Assembly: GCA_028023455.1 (NCBI GenBank)
Contig: JAQFVV010000003.1
Coordinates: 5,270,001 to 5,334,000, forward strand
Direction: 5' to 3'
Length of the DNA: 64,000 bases
From: Epiperipatus broadwayi
Lineage: Eukaryota; Animalia; Onychophora
Shown here: piece after piece, positions 52,878-64,000 of the stretch
How positions within the stretch are numbered: position 1 is the first letter of the stretch
Layout of the letters: every line of letters starts with the position of its first letter
Position numbers and translations under genes: made by a program
The notes under the pieces: generated by a model
Databases searched by the model: none
Told to the model about the DNA's origin: nothing
Seen by the model: the letters and a program-made list of their open reading frames with translations, nothing else

Positions 52878-54000
52878 TTTAGTTGTATTTTTATATTGGA
52901 CTATTTCCATCATCTAATAGGAGTATAGAATGTCTTTAAAAAAATTAACTTTATTTAAAAATTCCAAATATATTCAATTGTTAGTAATAGCACATCAAAC
53001 GGGTTAGTATATGCACAACATTTTGAGAGGTATTATTCTTCTCTCTTCTTTAGGAGTTGTTGGACTGACCAACCTGGACCCTTAGATTCTTGAGTATTGA
53101 ATTTTAATGTAATGCTCTAACCAACTGAGTCATCCTGCCAAAGGCAACAGACAGTAGAAATTTCATATACTTATCTATGAGTTCCTCCTGATTTCTCCAT
53201 TTTTTCCTAAAAGCAAAGTGAACTAGTGGTTTCCATACATTATGTATAGTTACACTAGATTGGCTTATGTGATTTTTTTCCCATTGTCATGTGAGCAGCT
53301 TCTTTAAATTTTCTTCATTATACCTTTCTTCTCTATCTAATATATTTGTATTTCCCAATTGAACATATGTTCATTAGCACATACATGGTCATTCCATTAA
53401 AAAGCTCTTGTAAGAACACAAACTGATGATTAGAAGAGAAAAAACAGTTACGTCTAAGGTACCAGACCATGTATGTGCTAATGAACATATGTTCAATTGG
53501 GAAAATACAAAAATATTGGATAGAGAAGAAAAGGTACAAAAAACAAAATTTAAAGAATCTGCTCACATGACAATGGCAAAAAATCCCATAAGCCAACCTA
53601 ATGTGACTATATATAATGTGTGGAAATCTCTAATCAATTTTTCTCTTAGGAAAAAGTGGAGATATCAGGAGAAACCTCATAGATAATTGTATGAAATTTC
53701 TACTGACTATTGACTTTGGCAGGATGGTTCAATTGGTTAGAGCATTACCTTAAAATTCAATACTCAAGAATCTGAGGATCCAGGTTCGAATCTCATGCTA
53801 GTACTGTCACAGGTCAGGCCAGCAACACCTAAAGAAGAGAGGAGAATAATACCAGTCAAAATGTTGTGCATATACTAATCTGCTTGATGTGCTTTACTAA
53901 CAATTGAATGTATTTGGGATATTTAAATAAAGTTAAATTTTTCTAAAGACATTCAATACTCATATTAGATGATGGAAATAGTACAAAATAAAAATACAAG
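52878..54000. mobile_element. Penelope-like family B: head-to-head pair of pLTRs (minus 52878-53387, plus 53388-54000)
   Basis: ORF 53426-53686 is homologous to 47842-48105. The two arms are reverse complements and both align to 47834-48443, including the tRNA-like segment, hammerhead core and AT-rich tail. Confidence 0.85.
53718..53800 (+). ncRNA. tRNA-Lys(UUU)-derived Pol III cassette (A and B boxes) inside the PLE pLTR; not a functional tRNA
   Basis: GGCAGGATGGTTCAATTGGTTAGAGCAT...AATCTGAGGATCCAGGTTCGAATC resembles tRNA-Lys(UUU) GCCCGGATAGCTCAGTCGGTAGAGCAT...AATCTGAGGGTCCAGGGTTCAAGTC. About 20 extra nt in the anticodon loop. Homologues at ~48165-48243 (+) and ~53072-53139 (-). Confidence 0.7.
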
Positions 54001-54001
54001 T

Positions 54002-54039
<38 letters not shown>

Positions 54040-54040
54040 G
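54001..54040. repeat. (CA)n(TA)n microsatellite at the PLE 3' end
   Basis: Direct read. Confidence 0.85.
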
Positions 54041-56963
54041 TTTACAGATGTTAAAATATTTGTACTCTATGTGGTTTAAAAAATTAATATTACATATGAC
54101 TCACTAATAATTGTGAAATTTGGTATCCATGACACAATTCATGGATATGGAGAAATATTGTAATTAAAAATTATATAAATATTAATGTTTTAGAAATGGG
54201 TTTATTTGTATTATTGTTTACATCATGCCATTATTATACTTATTGTATAGTCTATCCAAAAGTAATCTTATTAGCTAATATTTTATCTATAAAGTTTGTA
54301 TTTTGAATTGAAATATAACATCTGGAAAGTTTGCATTAAGTTTATAAAAAATAAATTAAAATTTTATTCATTAATTGTTTCTATTTTACTTCTATAATTT
54401 AAATTGCCTGAATATATGATGTACATTTCATATAATATGACACATTCAATATATGAAAAAATACAAAATATCAAATATCAAAAATATTTAATCAAGTAAT
54501 TTGGTTACTATATATATTAATTCAATAAAATGACTTTCTATATTTACATTTAATAGATGCTTTTCAGGAACAAAAATCCTCTCTATAGACACTATTTCAC
54601 AGTTATGAATATCAAGGAGAAATATTAGTATGTAAATTCCTAAGATTAATTTTTGGTATATATATACTACCAGAAAAATGCTTTAGTGACTTTGGTTTTA
54701 TTTTAATTATAGACACCTTCTCCTCTCTTTAGCTTATATAGTGTATCCAATGAAACAATCCAATATTCTTTGATTCCATTAAACATATGCTTTTTCAGAA
54801 CAATAATTTATTTATCATCATTCAAGCCCACTCATTGTAAACTTGAGTTATCAAAGGAAAATGGAGTGGTAATGCCATACTTACATATTTATACAAAGAA
54901 GTTAGTTTGAGTTCAAAATCTTAGGATTTTTTAAATTATAAGTTATTAGCAAACAATATAAAAGAATTAAAGATGACTACTAGATATACATTAGATTAAT
55001 AGAGATATATCAGTTCTAAATCTACTCACTGGCAGAAGTCATAAACCAGAAGCTAGTTCAGGGATGTGAATATAATAGCATTTACATCTAGCATCTATTG
55101 TTTAGTCAAGTTCCCAATAGGTGACTCTTGATTAGAGCAAACAAAGTATATATTGATTCATAATCTTGCACATGGCATTAGGTATTACATCACTTATTTT
55201 TTAAAAATGTGAAAATCTAAATAATATAGATATTTTCAAATGGCATTTAATATATTTACTTTTGTTGCTTTGAATGAAAATTCACTACTTTTATTATTTT
55301 AATTCTACCGAATAAAGGGATGTACTGCATATAAACACCTGTTATGACTTTTAAACCTTAAATAAATAAAAAAAAACCATTACATAATGCATTTGTATGT
55401 TAACAATGCAGTTTTATATAGCTCTAATCATTTGTAATGATCATTTATCTGTCCATACATTTCCCCAAAATAATATTTACTCACAATATTAAACGGTTGT
55501 TGATTAAATTTTTTACTAAATTATTAATAATTAAAAAAGTCAGTCAATTGATAATACCTAGTGAAAGCAATGTTCATGGCAGTTTCTGAATGATTCTCAA
55601 TAGAATAAATTTTTAAAATCTCAGTAAAATGGAGTCGAATTGTATATAATTATACTGAGTGCTTAAATGTCTCACGACCTCCTAAGTTAATTAACCATAT
55701 GATTTATTTAATAATGGAAAACATTAACAGTATGGGATTAGTATTCACTCTACAACATTTTGTTCACCGGGTAGAACAACTAAATGAAAACAAATCTTTA
55801 ATATTGCACCTACCATACCTATAAAAATTGTTCCATATATTTTGTCTAGTCTACATAAAAATATCAATTTTTATCAAAAAAAAAAAAAAATCATGAATGA
55901 TCACAATATTTTCTCACCAAAAATTACTAAACCATTATTTAAATAAATGCAACTATTTAATGAATGTATGGACCAAAATAAATTACTAAACCAAGATAAA
56001 ATCATGAGAATAAAAATAATTACTAGTGCAATAAAAACATTAAGGATATTATGTTATAATGAAAAAGAAGTAGAAATTTCAAAAACAACATTTAGAGTTT
56101 AACATATATTAATATTTGATCAAAAAAAAAATCAAAACTAAATTACTAGTACAGTATCTACTAAAATGGTAATTGGAACATATTAAAATCAAAACATTTA
56201 TGAATATAATAAACAAAACAACAACAACAAAAATTATTAGTGTCTTGTCCAAAAAATACATAGCTAATTAGATGGAAAAGCATATTAAAATTATTTTTAC
56301 AATTACAAAAAATACTTAAAATAATTAAATTAATCAGTAACAAATTACTAAACCAACCTAAGAAAGAATAAAACACACATGCTTATAGTAGCTGAATACA
56401 ATTTTAGATATTTTATCGAAAAGTTTATACTTATTTTATGTTGTTCATCAGTGGATAGATATTTTATCTATAAGTAACAAAATTACAGTCAAAATATTAT
56501 GGATATTCTGTTAAGCACAAAAAAATCCAGGAATGTTGAATAAATTTTTACAAAAAAACAAAAAAAAAAAAACAATTCATAAACAGCAGTTAGCAAAAAT
56601 TAAAATCAGACTAAGAACTATGCTAAAGAAAAAACAAAACAAAACAAGAACAATATTTATATTTTAGCAACTATTAATATTTGACCAAAAAAAAAAAATC
56701 AATATAAGTTGCACGTAATAAGTAGTAAAATTATTTTACAATTAATAAATAAACTATACAAATATATTACACATGATTAAAAAATTAAAACAAATAAAAT
56801 ATTGAATACTTGCCTAAATTAACCAAATGAAAAAAAATAGTGGCAAAATAAATTGCTAAACAAACATGAAAACTTGGATGCAAAAATACATGCCAGTATT
56901 TATCGGCAAAATAAATTAAAAAAACTGAAATACATAATATTCAAGAAAACAGAAAGAACATTT

Positions 56964-57055
56964 TGTCAAGCGTTGATGGCCTAGTGGTTAGCATAGCTGC
57001 CTTCTAGCTGGCCCGTGTCCGCTTCCCGGTCAACGCATTTGCCATATGAAAAAAA
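56964..57055 (+). mobile_element. tRNA-Gly-derived SINE, copy 6 (TCC-like subfamily, anticodon arm partly deleted)
   Basis: TGTCAAGCGTTGATGGCCTAGTGGTTAGCATAGCTGCCTTCT...GCTGGCCCGTGTCCGCTTCCCGGTCAACGCATTTGCCATATG-An. Absent from the opposite arm of the palindrome. Confidence 0.82.
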
Positions 57056-57379
57056 CAAAAACAATTACAGTTTATTAAATATTAAAAATAAGTTTCTATT
57101 TCATCGAAATTTTTACTTTATGTTGATTTTTGAATAGGAACTATATATTTTTATTATCACAAAGCTGGAAAGTTGTGGTCCCACTTCTCCACTTGACCAG
57201 AGAATAAAAATAAAAATGAAGAGAAAAAATTTCAGGAGTCACTCTCGAGCTCATGATGTCAGAATGTGTGTAGGGGGGGGGATAAAATGTTATGGTGAAA
57301 CTATTAATGTGGCGAAAAAATAACACTATCCATCGACTTAACTATCTAGCCACTCACCCATCAAATATCTTTCACCTGC

Positions 57380-57663
<284 letters not shown>

Positions 57664-59000
57664 GTCTATCTGTCTGTCTATCTATCATATCCATCCATCC
57701 ATCTATCTATCTGATTTTCTACCTATCTATTTATTTATGCATCCAACCATTCATTTAACTATTTAGCCACCCACTAATCCACTAATCCATTGTCTATCTA
57801 TCTATCTATCTATTCACATATCTATCAAATTATTTGCCTATGTATTTACCTTTCTCCCTATTAACTTAGCTTCTATCCATGCAATTACCTACATATTTAT
57901 CCATCTATATATTTGTTCAATAATTCATCCATCCTTAGATAGATGGATGAATGAGTGAATAGATAGACAAAAAGTCAGATATTTAAATAGACTGACAGAT
58001 ATATAGGTAGACAGACAGATACATACAGAGACAGAGAAGCAAGCAAATTGATATATAGATAATAAGAATATACACTGGCAGAGAAGCAGATAGAGAGATG
58101 GATGGATAGATAAATTATAGCAGATAAACAAGTAAAGAGACAGGTAAATAAATAAACAAACAAATAAATAGATAATATAAGTAAAGAGATAGACAGATGG
58201 CTAATATATTAATGGTTAGGTGAAAAATTAAATAATTAAATAAATGGATGGTTAGGATAGATAAAAAGATAGATAGTTAAATAAAAAAACTAATCAATTA
58301 ATAGATTGATATAATAATAGATGGAATTATGAATGAATAAAGATAAATAAATAAATGGATAATTGGATAATTTGTTGCATAAGTAGATAGATGGATAGAA
58401 AAACATGTTATGGGCAGATAGAGATAGAAAATTTGTTAGATGGTTAAACAGACAAATTAATACTTAGATGCATAAATAGAGAAGTAAGCAAATAAATAAA
58501 TGGATGGATAAGTAGATAGATGGAGAAATGAATGGATAAATAGATGAACAGATAGAGACAGATAGATAAATAATGGATAGGCAAAGCCATAGATAAAAAG
58601 ATAGACAGATAAATAGATATATAGATAGGTATGTAAATAGATAGATACATAAACATATAAACAAAGAAATAAATATATGGATAGAAGATAGGTTCAGCAG
58701 TTAAATTGATTGTTGAATGCATAAATAAAAAGATAGATAGATAAATCTAAAGGCAATGAAATAGATGAAACAACAGATAGAAAAGTAAGTAAATAGATAA
58801 ATAAATAATCAGAAGGTAAAAGATAGATAAATAGGTATACAAATAAGCAGATGGCTAGATAAATAAACAGAGAAAGAGGCAGATAAAAGATAAATCAGTT
58901 GATAGATAGATATATAAGTGAATAGATAAACACATAAAATGGCAAGTAAAAGATAGTGAATGGCTGAATGGCTAGATAGGTGAATAGATAAATGGTACTA
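57664..59000. repeat. Degenerate GATA/GATG/AATA-derived low-complexity tract
   Basis: Tetranucleotide-derived sequence, pyrimidine-biased up to ~57935 and purine-biased afterwards. Confidence 0.85.
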
Positions 59001-62000
59001 GTATTTGTCTGTTTACTTATTTTTTATCACCTTAATATTAAGAGTTTGATCAAAATATTATTTCCTGTCTTGATGACACAAGCAGCAAATTTTTTTCACC
59101 TATTTTTTTTTACTTTTCTTTGGTCACATGGAAAAGTGAGACACAATCTTCCAGTTTTGAGATAAATATATTTCATTTTCAAAAATCAACATTAAACAAT
59201 AGTTTCATATCAATTTTTAATGTAATATTTGTTAATTGTAGTATTAATTTCAATTTTAATATTTGATAAACTGTAATTGTTGATTTCCCCCCCTTCTAAT
59301 ATTGTTTATTTATACCACAAAATTTTGTATTTTTATTTTGCTGATAAGTACTTGTACATGTTTATATGTTCCTGTTTTCTTATTTGTTTAGCAATTTATA
59401 CCACTATATATGTTTTATTTTTTATTCTTAGATTAGTTTTGGCATGTGTAATATGTTTTTATAGTTTTATTTATTAATTGTAAAATTAATTTTAATGAGT
59501 ATATGTGGCTTATATAGTAGATCCTAGTAATTTGTTGTTTTTTGCTCAAATATTAATATTTTCTAAACTCTAAATATTATTTTTGGACTATTTTTATTTT
59601 ATTTAACATAATATCCTTAGTGATCTGATTTTAATTTTCACTAATTACCACTAGTAATTTGTTGTTTTTATCTTGTTTTAGTTATTTATTTTGGATGTTA
59701 AATAACCATGATTGCCATTTTTTTTGTTAAAATTTTTGCAAATGTTCTTGAATTTCTTTCCTGTTTAACAAAATAACCATAATATTTTGGATTTTAATAT
59801 CTGTTAATTACAGGTAAGATATCTATTTACTGATCAGTAACAAAAAATAAATACTGTTTAACAATTATGTAGGACTTTTCAGTCAAGTTTCTAAAATTGT
59901 TTTCTGCTGCCATAAGCACATATTTTATTCATTCTTAGATTAGTTTAATAATTTGTTCAGTGATCAATGTAATCACAAACTTGATGTTTTAATTGTTTTA
60001 ATTTTTTGTTATTGTTTTACTACGTTTTTTTAATGTAAGTAATCATTTATTTTGTGGACAGATGCTACTAATTTTTTTTTGTTTGACATAATATCCATAG
60101 TGCTTTGATTTTAATATTTGATAATTATTATTTTAATAAACACTAGTATTTTTTTGATCAAATATTAATCTTTGTAAAACTCTAAATATTGTTTTTTAAT
60201 TTTTTTTTCCATTTAACATAATATCTATAGTGCTTTGATTATACTAGTATTTTTTTACCATCTTTATATCTTGATTTAGGCAATTAATTTGGCTCCTTAC
60301 ATTGATAAGTAATTAAAGTTATTTTTACATTAGTTTAGTAATTGATTTTTGAAAATTTCTATTTTTTTACATATTTTTCATTAAAAATTGATATTTTTTA
60401 TTGGACAAAATATCTGAACTGTTTATAGGTGCAGGGGATGCAATATCAAAGGTTAGTTAATGCTTGGTTGGTGATGTTTCTGTAACTGCCCTTGGTAGCC
60501 AACATATAGAGCATACTAAACCAGTACTAAGCAACCAGTTAGCTGCTTCTGATGACTAAATGTTACTGCTAAATCATAAAATCCTTTGCCAAAACATTAT
60601 GAAGATGAAAATCTGCTTTACAAAAAAATTATTATTATATATGTTTATGTGCAGTTTAGCATAGTAGAATGATGGGCCCAGGCACCAAAACTTTCCGCAT
60701 CAAATCTCAATCTGTCACTTCTAATGTTCAAATGTTACATGATCTGCTGAGTAATTATTATTATTTTTAATTTAAAGTAAACTTTAAAAATTGATAAAAG
60801 TAAAAAATAGTTATATATATTATTATACTTTAATAACCAAATACCATTGTTAAAATTACTCTGCATATGGTTAAAAAAAAACTTCAGCTTGAATTTACAA
60901 AACAATATTTTTTTTTCTTAAGATTTATCACAGAATTGAAAATTGCATTATTTGCATCTGTTTGTTCCTATGTTTATTCATAAAGTAAAAAAGAAGTACT
61001 TCCAAATGGGTACTGCGTATTCTATAGATTTTATGATTAAACTACATTATACTTTCTCAAATAGGGATTTTGTTTATCAAGATAAAGCAAAGAAAGAAGC
61101 CATTCAAAGTTTTTATAAGTTGTTGGGGAGAGGGTAGAAATATCAGTAGCTACTTAAAATAAAAAATGACATTTTTTTTTTCAATTCAATAATAACCTGA
61201 CATACTAAGAAGTCTTCTTGAAAAATTTTATTTTTTCCAAAAAAAAAAAAAATTATTAAATGAACTACAGAGTGAGAGAAACCTAACAGAGAACTGCATC
61301 GATCCACAAAAATTAAAAATAAATTAAAAATAATATGACTATTGTTAAAGTTTTAATATATTACTTTAATGGAATAATTTAAATATTTTACTATTCATAC
61401 ATATATAGTAATGTGGCACTATCTATAATTTCAATTACCCGATTTGAAAAAAATTGTAATTAATAAAGTATTCATAAACTTTATAACATGTGTTCATTTT
61501 TAAGAGATCCGTCATCAACTCTTAATCCAACACTTCTTTATCTAGTGTATTTAGTCAGTTTTGGTTGCTCTTTTTTGGCTTACTACAATACCTTTTTATT
61601 ACAACTGCATTATTCGATTTTTTGTAATCATTTTTACTGCTAACACAAAGCTATATTTTTAAAATGAAATTGCGTCTTACATGTGTGCATTTAAACATAT
61701 ATGTTATAGAGAATTTGTTGTCAATCATAGTTTCAAATGCCAATAGACAGATTTGGAATCAATTGCAGTAAACGATGAGGATTATTATTATATATTGATA
61801 TGATATCTGAAGATTCTTATAATTCTTCATTCATTTAATTTAATCATGCTCAAAAGAGTTTAACCATTCATTATATAGGAAGTCCATAAACTGCGGCAAT
61901 CGAAACTGTAAAAGAGGGTGGTAAATAAAGCAATGTGTATCAGTAGTAAAGCGCATGGATAATTTAGTATTATATGGTATACATTTGGCCATGCAATAAG

Positions 62001-64000
62001 AAAGTGTATTTATTATACTTCTTGAAGTCCATAAACTATTTATTTCTTATGCATATATTATGATGGAAATTTTTGAAAACTACAAATATAATCAAACATT
62101 AAGTGTGCAAAAATAAATATGTTATGGTTAATATACTTTCAAATAAAATTGGTTACATTCAAACATATACAACAATATTAACCACACATCTGTGGTGATG
62201 ATGATTTATATTTACCACTGAAGGTTAAACTAAATACAATTACTCCCAGAAGTATTTTTCTAGTTTCAATAAAAAGCAAATGAAACTTGGGGTGCCAAAC
62301 CTATTTTTGGAAAATTTATTAACATTTAATAGTTATCATTTCTAAATTATTATAATAATTGCAGCATGCTCTCCAATGGATTGTATGGTTTTTCAGAGGT
62401 GTGAATATGAATAGCATAATGGATGTTAAAAGAACAATGTTTGGAGTGAATTTGATAAACAAACACAATAATAAAAATAAATTAACATTTGTTGCTGATG
62501 TATTTGCAATTATTACTAAGTATAATAAATATAATTTAAAATAGTAAAGACATTAGAGAGGTTATACAATAGGTCTTGATAGGTATTATAGCACAATACA
62601 TTTTTTCCTCATGGCATGATTAAAGCAAGCCATGGCTGGTTTATAGCAAACTTCAGTATCAACATCTGGATTCAGTCGCATAACTGTGGGTGTTTTGACT
62701 GGTATAGTTGTTGTTTTTCTAGCCACACATAAAAGATATTCTTCCATTAGCTAATGTCATACTTAATGTTGTAAATCTTACTATTGAAAAATACTTTTAA
62801 ATATCAGCAAGGCATAGGTAATCCAAACTGTAGTGGAAAACTATTTTAACCAGTGGTTTCTCTTCTTTTCATGGGATCACTGCAACACTGTTTTAAAAGT
62901 TAAAGTTTATAATAGAATAGGCTGCCCTAATTGTTCATATCTGATCCATTTATACCATATGTGTCATTGTATTTCACACTACATATTCAAAGATATTTTT
63001 CAAAAAATGGATTTATCACATCCTAGTTACAAAATGTAACATATTTTTATTTCTAGTATGTTTAGTGATACACATTCATTCATTCCTTAAACTGTGATAT
63101 AAAAATATAGGTTCTTTTCTCTTACCTTTTTTAACAATTTTATTTACAATAGCAATAAAAAGAAAAAAAATCATTATTGACTTTTAGAAATTGATTGATA
63201 ACTTTCTTAATTTTACTAATAATTCTCTAGCTAACATGCTTGTTAGAGAAGTTTAATTTTGTTTATAAGTTTATATATGCTAAGCACTTTTGAAGTTCTT
63301 AGACTTCATATTCATTGACTTCATATTTGTAGCTGAGTGCAGTCAATGATAATGAGGAGAATTGTAATTTATACATATTAGTTTGCTGTTTTTACCATAG
63401 GTAATGGCATGTTCTTTGTTTTGATTAATTTGTCCATCTTTGTGAATTTTAGTAACTTTATGATTTTCAATAACATATTTAGATTTGCTATTCAATTTGT
63501 AATAAGAAAGAGTAAATTATTTTTTAAAACCCCATTCAATGAGAAAATCTGAAAGGTTCAAAAAATATCATGCATTTACATAAACTATGCAATTCAAATT
63601 CTTGTATATGTTAAAACGATTTTTCTTTCTTCCTTTCCAGAGTATGAGCTATATATAGTCTTATTGCTTTCAATTTTATACAGTACATCTTTATAAAATT
63701 TTTAATAACATTATATTAATATATATATATATATCATTATTTTTTCTTTTAATTACCTAAAATAGTGTATTTAAGTGATGTGCATCTTATATCTAGTACA
63801 AACACATACACACATGATAATTTATATATATTTTTTACTATAAAGCTTTTTATTATAACTAATTCTACTTATTATTGGATTTGTTTCAATTACAAAACCT
63901 CTCTAAAATGTGACAATGGAACTGTATAAATTTTCATTTGTCATTTCTATGTATACTGCAAATTTTAAATTTAGTTTATTTCTCTAATTATTTTTGCATT

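Noticed and set aside
62350-63050. GC-richer segment with protein-like stretches on both strands (possible pseudogene or membrane-protein exon)
   Set aside because: Frames are interrupted on both strands and no family could be recognised; a frameshift-aware homology search is needed before any call.

Overview
Very AT-rich, CpG-depleted eukaryotic DNA, most likely from an invertebrate; the species cannot be determined from sequence alone. I find no intact host gene. The window is dominated by decayed transposable elements: a Ty3/Gypsy internal region carrying a nested TA-flanked MITE, an LTR with its polypurine tract (PPT), a near full-length RTE LINE plus RTE, Vingi/Ingi-like and I-like fragments, hAT and Merlin/MULE-like non-autonomous DNA elements, and several Penelope-like element (PLE) insertions with head-to-head inverted repeats. 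The one recognisable host sequence is an intronless, disabled LIX1/LIX1L (lowfat) retrocopy at 8886-9675, whose lesions fall mostly at CpG-containing Arg codons. Three RNA-level systems stand out. (i) A PLE family whose ~600-bp terminal repeat contains the GIY-YIG C-terminus, a tRNA-Lys-derived Pol III A/B-box cassette and a minimal hammerhead ribozyme (three copies). (ii) A ~250-bp non-coding repeat with a well-formed type-I hammerhead (three copies). (iii) A ~95-bp tRNA-Gly-derived SINE (six copies, two subfamilies). There is also a ~4.8-kb old imperfect palindrome at 55730-60535. All alignments and folds were done by eye, so boundaries are approximate.
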